In this document: positions 50,829 through 64,000 of the stretch, piece after piece
Numbering within the stretch: position 1 is the stretch's first letter
Layout of the letters: every line of letters starts with the position of its first letter
Assembly (NCBI GenBank): GCA_010909165.1
Contig: MU008219.1
Coordinates: 1-64,000 of the forward strand
Direction: 5' to 3'
Length of the DNA stretch: 64,000 nucleotides
Origin: Anthoceros angustus
Lineage: Eukaryota > Plantae > Anthocerotophyta
The notes under the pieces: generated by a model
What the model was told of the DNA's origin: nothing
Seen by the model: only the letters and a program-made list of their open reading frames with translations
Database searches by the model: none
Made by a program: the position numbers and the translations under genes

Positions 50829-52435
50829 ATGCTAGCAGGAGCAGCAGCGCAATTGGCAAGCCTGCAAGGATCCGGTCGTGTGGCAGCAGCTGCTGGTTTC
50901 CGTGTCCTCTTTGGGTTTCACACTTCGCCGCCCTCTCTGCTGCTCCAGCAGCAGGTGCGGCAGCAGCCGCAGCTCCTTGGAAACTCAGGTACGTTTCCCG
51001 CCGCTTCAGGCTGCACTGACACCTGCCTGGAGGGGGAGCTGGAGCCGGAGCTGGAGCTGGGCACTGGGCGTGCGTCTGTGTGTGTGCATGATGTTGGTGA
51101 GGCCGGTTCTGAATTGCCTGCCTGCTCGCTGCTGCGCCGATGCTTTGGCAGGTGGGTCCGGCAGCATGGATTCCGAGCAGCAGGCGGAGGAGGCGTGGCA
51201 GAGGGTAACCCGGGGGATGGAGAAGGCGCTGGCCAGGCACGGGCTGGATATCGTGGCTCCCTTCTCGGTGGCCTGGTACAACTCCGTGGTGCCTCCGGCA
51301 TTGCGGCTGTCGTGGTTGGGCCGGACGCGGCCTCCGCTCGGGGTCATCGTGGGCAACAGCAGGGCCCTGTGGTCGCCGTTTCTGGAATCGCTGCGGGCTG
51401 ATCCCGGTGTAAGTTTTGGTGCAGATTGCGAGCTCCGGGCGTGGCGTTTAGTACCAGTATGGCCCAGGATGAGGCTGAGGCTGAGGCTGACGGTGGTGCT
51501 GGTGGGTGCCGGTGTTGCAGGCTAGGCAGCAGGAGAATCCGCTCAACGCTTACATCAAGCGGGCTCTGGATGAGGCGCTGTCCCCGTTCCATGTCCTCAA
51601 CTCCCAGCTGAGTCGTGAAGCAGGAGGGGCGTCGCAGGACAGGCCGGCTGCTTTCGTTTACTGGGCCCACGAGACGGCCCCCGGCAAGCTGGTGGCAATG
51701 CAACGCCTGGCGCATGTGTCTGGTTTGCCCTGCAGTGCCTCCACCAGTCTCTTTGTCGCCTGCTCTGTTGCGCAATTCAATTTCCATCCCCGCCCCGCTC
51801 CGCCCCACTGACCGGCTGACCCTTGTGTCGTAACCATAGCCAGCAATTGCGTACTTCGATGAAGACTCGCATCTGTGCGTGCACCCCGAGTACGGACCTT
51901 GGTTTGCGTTGCGAGCTGTGGTGGTGTTGGACTTGGACCCTCCTAAAATCGAGCCAAAGGTAAATCAAACCTCTCCACGCTATTTCTGCACTGCTGTGAG
52001 ACCACCAGTGAATGCTTTGCCCCTCCTCTCATGTGTGTATACTTCTCATGACAGCCTCTGGCCAACATGCTGGATGTTGAGGCCCAGGCAAGAGTGAAGG
52101 CAGCCATGAGGCTGGCCATGGAGCAGCCCAGGGCAGCCCAGCACGACGACTGTGGAAGCCGCACCAAGACCTGGCGATCCTTGCAGCATGGTAATGCTCC
52201 GAATCGTCTTACACCCTCTTTGTCCTTAACGCTGCTATGAGCTCAACATTTGAAAGGGTTCTGTGCTTGCATGGCTACTTGCTCAGATATGGCGCACTGG
52301 AAGCTCTGGCTCGCTGTCAGGGACACCATCGCTCCTGACCATCCCTGGCGCTACTCTCAGGAGCAAATCGAGTACCACTACACTGGAAACAGGCTCCTCC
52401 TGGACAATCTCGTCTCGGGACACATCTCCCACTAG
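50829..52435 (+). CDS. MMACHC: MMACHC/CblC-like cobalamin decyanase/dealkylase, 6 exons: 50829-50988, 51152-51408, 51521-51722, 51844-51959, 52055-52190, 52287-52435 (alternative start ATG 51166)
   Basis: All five GT-AG introns are phase-compatible and give an open frame. Motifs: GLDIVAPFSVAWYN, VIVGNSRALWSPF, NPLNAY, KLVAMQRLAHVS, CVHPEYGPWFALRAVV, HWKLWLAVRD, WRYSQEQIEYHY. Confidence 0.9.
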
Positions 52436-52957
52436 CAGTGCTGAACATTGGATTCATGCCAAATTGGCTTCTGTACACGTTGCAAGATATTTAGCAGTGC
52501 AATTTTTTTCGTGGACAGCGAAAGTGGAACAATTGCCTTTGGTATACATATACGGCTACCAGACGTACATTGAAGCAACAGGTATAATTTCTACATATGT
52601 ATGTGAAGGAAAAAGCATGAACAGATCAGCATGGAAGTTAGAAGTTAAAATTGTGCATTCCACTTCATCGACCTGCTGCTTCACAGATATCCGCTTCCGC
52701 CGATTGCCATTATTCACTTGCACCAAAAAAGGTTGCTGCACTTCGAAGTATCAAGGGTGATATAGATTCCACCAAGAATGACAAGCCAACTGAACTATAA
52801 GAGAAGGGAGTGCTAGCTTGAAGGCAAGGTCCAAGTAAACACTAGACAGGACTTATTGTTCAGGCTTACTACGTCTAACATTGGTACAGCCTCGTCAGTG
52901 AGGATCAATAGAGAAAATTTACACCGCAAAAGAAATGTTGACGGCTGGCATCCAAGC

Positions 52958-55207
52958 TCATTCGGGGTTCGAGACTCTCGTTTTGATGGGCTTCAGCTTT
53001 ATTCCTAGACTTTCAGGAGAAAGCAATTCAGGAGATACACAGGGAGGGCTCAGGGGACTGGTGGGTGCGGAATGTGTTAATTGAATTGGCCTGTAGAAGG
53101 CGTAACCCATCAGGAAATACTCGATGGGGATAAGCATCGAGTGGGGTTGCTCCTCTGTCACCAACGACCCGCATGCTTGAACCTAGAAAGAACAAAGCCG
53201 TTAGAATTCTGAGCACACAGCACATTGGATGATCCAGTTCCCACCTCTACAGTGATAAATACCTCAATCAGAGCATTATAGCGTCTGTCCATCTCCATAC
53301 TTATGTGAAGAGCCTCGCTGTGGAACGGTGAGTTCTCGCCAACAATTATAAGAGTCCGGCACTTCAACTTTCTGAGGTACTCACTTAAGCCCTTCCGTCT
53401 GCGAAGAGAAAGTGTGCGATTAGAAGCTGTCAACGCATTTCTTGAAGACAAAAATACCATTCAGAAGCACAATACTTACTGGTTGATTGCCTGCAGGTAC
53501 CGCACAACGCTCTTGGTGTTTCTCTTTTCCAAAACCTGTGGATACAAGCGGGAACACACTGAGACAGATTCCAGACGAACAAACCTGTCTCACGTCATGG
53601 AAACAGGTGGCAGACTGTACCCTGTTATAAAATTGCAGCAGGTCTGATCCCTCTCCGAGCATACTGCGAATTTCCTGTAGTGAAGATGGTCATCAACAGT
53701 AAGAAAAAAAGAACACTTGCCACGTCTGGAACAGCACAGATGGAAAGGAAACACTGTAAGCAAAAGGCGTACCTGAGAGAAATACCGCTGCAACAAAGTC
53801 TCTTTGACGAAGCCACACATACCATAGAAGAACAGTAAATTGGCCATAGCCTGCAAAATGATCAAAGGGCAATGATTTTCAGGACGGCAGGAACTCAGTG
53901 ACCAAACAACCGACTATAAAAAACGAGTAAGGGAGATAATAGGGACCTTATTGTAGAGCCATTCGGTCCAACTTGGAGGGTGACACAATGGAGATACAAG
54001 AATGAGCCCTTGCACTCGCTCCCTGTAGTTGAGCTGCGACAAACCGACAACTTAAGGTCAGCTGCAAGTCACAAACTCAGTTCCAAATGATACAGTGCCG
54101 CAAATAATGCTGCTTAATGCTGGGAAACGTAGCCACAGTACCGCAAAAAGCGTCAATATGTAAGCCCCCGCAGTTGCACCCAAGCAAATAACCTCCCGCA
54201 GACTGTAGTGCAAAAGAAACCATCAGCAAACTTGACCAATTTAACAGTTTGAAAAACACCGGCGCGGCCACAGAGGACAATGTCCATTGAAGATGAAGGG
54301 ACTGTTACCCGAAATAGTCGAGAACTTCGGCAACCTGATCAGTTAAATCATCAACTGACAGAGAAGGATAGTCGGACCCTGAGTTTTCAGCCCCAGGCTG
54401 CATGGAACATAAAAAAGATTCAGAATGCATTCAGCCACAAGAATGACATGGAATCGCAGAGTTGAGGAATTCGTGATCCTCAGCATTCAAACTCACCTCA
54501 TGGCCAGGAGGATCAATATGGTATATGCAAAAATTGTGTAAAAGTATATTGGACGCCTCCGGGCATGAGAAGAGGCCCTGAAAACAGGACACATCTGCAA
54601 AACAGTAGGAGGAACAGTTGTCAGAAACGAAATTCTTGCACCAGTCGAAACTAGGTGCATGAGAGGTCCTGCAGAACTTACGGTTTAGGGCGACATCAGG
54701 GTAAGTGATCAGGGCAGGTTTCTCTTGATCGCCACAAACAAGCACGGAGATAGGACCATGGGAAGTCTGAATTCGATGCTCCTGATGATCACGGAGACAG
54801 GAAAACACGCACATGAGACACCGAGGTCACACGCAAGCGGCGAGAACAGATAAACCCCAAGAGAGAGCGTCACATTCCATAGACAATGCGAGCATGGGAG
54901 GGAAGGCGGACAGGAGACAGCAAAGCGCCGTAATGTTCAGCAACTGGTGCTTCTCAGATGCAGACCTCCGATTCGGAGGGTACAGACAGGCAGACGACAG
55001 CAAGACAGACTTCGGTGACCAACAGGCTAGCAGAGAGAGCGTACGCATCCGCACGATCTCCATTCAGCAAGGGAGGGGGAACAAGTATCCAAATTGCAGA
55101 CGCAACTTCAAATTGAGGCAGCAAAGGTGAGACAAATCTACCTGGCCTTCAAACGAGACCGGCTCCACGTCCTGAACCGAGATGGAGGTGTCGCTCCCAT
55201 CGTCCAT
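52958..55207 (-). CDS. NDL: NDL / NDRG (Ndr, SF21) family alpha/beta-hydrolase-fold protein, multi-exon, intact
   Basis: Exons encode [139 protein letters not shown], and C-terminal [20 protein letters not shown]. Confidence 0.96.
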
Positions 55208-58200
55208 GACTGCAGTTTTCCGTTGGCAAAAAGTACGATGACGCAAAGCAGAAGCGACGCGCAGATAGGCCAGCATTGGCTGCCGTCAGGCGCAGCAGAA
55301 GCAGAAGCACGCCATGCTACCTAACCCGAACAACTTCCCTTCCCCTCCCCCACCCCGTTCCCTTCCCTACTCCAAGCCTCCCGCACCAGCTCCGCAAACC
55401 GATTCCCGGAACCTAGCCCGACAATGACGACATTTCGGCCCTCATCCGCCGGCGGCCTCGCAAATTCCAGCCTGCCCCGACTCAATGCTTCTGACAAGGA
55501 GAGAGAGCAGGCACGCCGTGAGATTCAAAGTGTCGCACTCCCGATCCGCGCCTCCCCGGGCCAGTGCAGCTTGCAAGAAACGCAGCAGCAGCAAGAGCGG
55601 CAGCGCCTGACAACAGAAGGCTCGCGGCAAGATTGAGGCGCGGCGAGGGTTGCAGGCGAGTGGCGCGGGGGCCAAGGCACCGGCACTGCTAGCTGGCAGA
55701 GGTGTAGCGAGGCGCGACGAGGGAGCTGGGGCTGGCGCAGCCTGGCTGGCGATGGCAGGCTCAGCGGAATGGCAAGGCAATGGCAGCGCGAAATGGCGAG
55801 TGCAGGGGCCAGGCAAAGAAAGGACGCCCGGTCCCGGAGCCGGGCCAGGCCAGGCCAGGGCCAGGACCAGGCAACTCTCCTCTGTTTCCTGGCTGTGGGG
55901 CCGGCCCCACGCCCACAGCCCACGCTCACGCCCGCGCTCTCTTCTTCCCAAAACGCAAACAAACACGCACGCAAAAAGAGCGAGCCCGAGGAAAGCCCTG
56001 CCGCCGCCCGGCCTTGCGCTCCCCGGCCCGCCCCTCTCCCGCCCTACGCCCCCCCGGGAACCGCTAGCCCTGCCGCAGCCCCCTCCCGGTACAGGCTGGC
56101 GGGTGAGAGGGCAGTTGGTGGAGCGTCGTGTGCCCCCCGCGGTAAACCCGCCCGGTTACCGCTCCGCCACGCGCCGGGTAAGTAGCCCCCCGCGCTACTT
56201 AGACGCGGTATCTCATCTCCCCCGCAACGGCTCTGTCGGCAACGGGTTGCGTGAGCGAGTCCCCGTCAACACGGTCCGCGCCGGCCAGTGCGACGGGTAA
56301 GTAGCAACCGGCTACTGGCAGCAGCCGGTGGCATGCATGTCCGGCCACGCGTCCGCAGTCGGCCGTACGCAGGCAGGCAGGCGGGCGGGCGAGCGGGCGA
56401 GCCGTTGTTGTTGGATCTGTTGCTGAAGGTTGCGGATTTGATTAGCAAGATAAGTACGCGGATGATGGTTTGAATGATCCCGGATGACGCGAGCGGCGGG
56501 GGAGGAGGAGGTATCGATCGGGTGAAGGGAAGGTTGTTGCGGATGATGCACCGATTTGCATGCGCGGAAAGGATTACTCTTTACCCTAATCGGCAGGGCG
56601 AGTGGAGGGAGCTGTGGAGCGATCAACCATGTGCGCGTGAGTGACGCACATGGCGACTAGGGCAGCTGTGGCAAGCATGGGGAGGGGAGTTGTCTCCGAG
56701 CTCGCCTCACTGATTGAACATGTGTGCTTCTAAGCTCCAGACCGCGACGGCCTACCTCGCCGTGCCGGCTGGCTGCTTGTCGGTGTTTTGTTGCTCGGTG
56801 ATGAGAGGTGAGGTCAAGCATCTCCATCCAGGCCATCCTCCACTGGCACCGAGGTTGCTCCAGCTGCGGCCCGGACAAGAGAGCCAGCGCGGGCACGGCG
56901 GACGAGGCTCGCGGTTTCCCTGCGCTGCCGATGGGGCTGACTGGACTGGTAGGGAAGCGAAGACCAGGGGTCCAGGAGTGCGAGGCTCGAGGGCCTGGCG
57001 CGTGCCTAGCCTTTTGCTTACCCGCAAGCTCGGCTGTGAGACCGGGAATTTCACCGCAGCAGTTGTCTTGTTCTTGTTATCTACCTATGCAACGATGCAA
57101 TGCTCAAACCTACACTGCATCGGTGTGATGCAGTCCACAACCTCGCAAGGCGTACCAGGAAGGAGAACGGTGTTGTACTGGCGAGGACATTGACAGACAG
57201 GAAGCGACCTGGCGGTGGACTGTGACGAGAGCCGTCATGCCATGTGAGGCGGCCCGCCGCCCACTGCGCTCCGCGCACAAGTGGCGTGCGCATGTTCCCT
57301 CTTCACCTCGGCCTGACGGCCAGCCTGGAGGCGCCATTTCCCCATGCCGCTGCCGGCCCTGATTAGCGTTTTACTGTTCCGTGTTCCATCGTTCCATCGA
57401 TTCCACTCCACAGTGTGAACGCTACAGCGCGTTCAAAGCCGGGGGTTTAATCTAGGTTTGAAAAATGGGATCCGGCCCTCGGGCGCGGGCTCCCTGCTTC
57501 AATGATTTGAGCGGAATTGGGCAACCGGGAAGCATATGCTGCTGCTAACTACGATGCTGCGGACTTCTGACAGGCCCTCTTCTGTCAGCCTTATAGCCCT
57601 AAATATTAACCCCCAGCTTGAGGACCGGAGGGAAATGCGGTTCGGAGTAAAAAATGAGTCCCTGGGTTTGAGGCACCGGGCCGGCCAACGGGCGGCGGCC
57701 ACGATGAAAGCGGTATTAAGGGCAAGGCGGGGTCCAGGAAAAGCAGCGCGAAGAGCTCTCTGCTGCCAAATGTTCAATGCTCCGGATATCCTGTTGCTGC
57801 CGCGCCCAGCAAGCGGCAGCAATGCCAGTCCGGTCGCCGGCGTCCACCCAATCGGAAGAGCGGCGCTGCAAGCCCGCCGGGGTCGGCTGACAGACCCACA
57901 AATTGTTCGTCTGCCGCGGACAAGACCTGATGAGACGAAAACGGAGCGACTGTACCTCGCCACCGTCGACATGTGACCGCTGCCTTGGAGAAAGGTGCAG
58001 CAGTTAGTATACACCCAGAGGGAAAAAACAGACGGACGCGCAGTTAGTCTGGCTCGGTGTCCGTGAACACGGAAGCTGAGAAGCAGCGACTGAAGATGCG
58101 AACTCACTCACATGTTTAGACGATAGACAGGAGGAGGACCGGGAACGCAAAACGCGAAACGCGAAGGAGTGTGATTTCGATTTCGCTAAAAACGATGGAG

Positions 58201-58341
58201 TCTAGTTGCGTGTGCGCTCAAAAGTTCTCCATAATATGAGTGTCACTTGATAAGAAAAAGAAAGGGAGTTAATACCAGAAGAACAATTTGATTAGCTACT
58301 ATCTCATATGCAAGACTTGTTATCTTGAGGGAAAATTTATC

Positions 58342-64000
<5,659 letters not shown>

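Noticed and set aside
55424-58107. Several 100-216 aa ORFs between NDL and the CD36-like gene
   Set aside because: GC-rich UTR or promoter sequence with low stop frequency and no recognisable motifs.

Overview
Eukaryotic nuclear DNA from a land plant, most likely a non-seed lineage (inferred from ~60-150 bp GT-AG introns, a plant NDL gene, a plant-type TBP N-terminus, and intact CblC and CD36-family genes; a hornwort would fit, but I cannot prove it). 1-41 kb is a transposon nest. A CACTA (En/Spm) element on the minus strand is interrupted by a full-length Ty3/Gypsy retrotransposon with ~4.3 kb LTRs and lies next to a truncated LTR of the same family. Then come a second, divergently oriented TnpA-like gene, an Athila-type extra-ORF remnant, orphan coding remnants, a ~4 kb satellite whose unit changes along its length, and a solo LTR. 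41-64 kb holds an intronless TPR-SET methyltransferase, two tandem highly divergent intronless TBP-like copies between direct repeats, an intact MMACHC/CblC-like gene with a candidate mitochondrial presequence, an NDL gene, and an AT-rich CD36/LIMP-2-family gene that runs off the window end. Repeat copies differ by many 1-3 bp indels, so frameshifts in repetitive parts may be sequencing or polishing error. Best candidates for new biology: the divergent TBP pair, the presequence-bearing CblC, the plant CD36-like protein with an RRxS-rich tail, and an antisense gene built into the LTR. Domain calls come from motif recognition by eye, not database searches.
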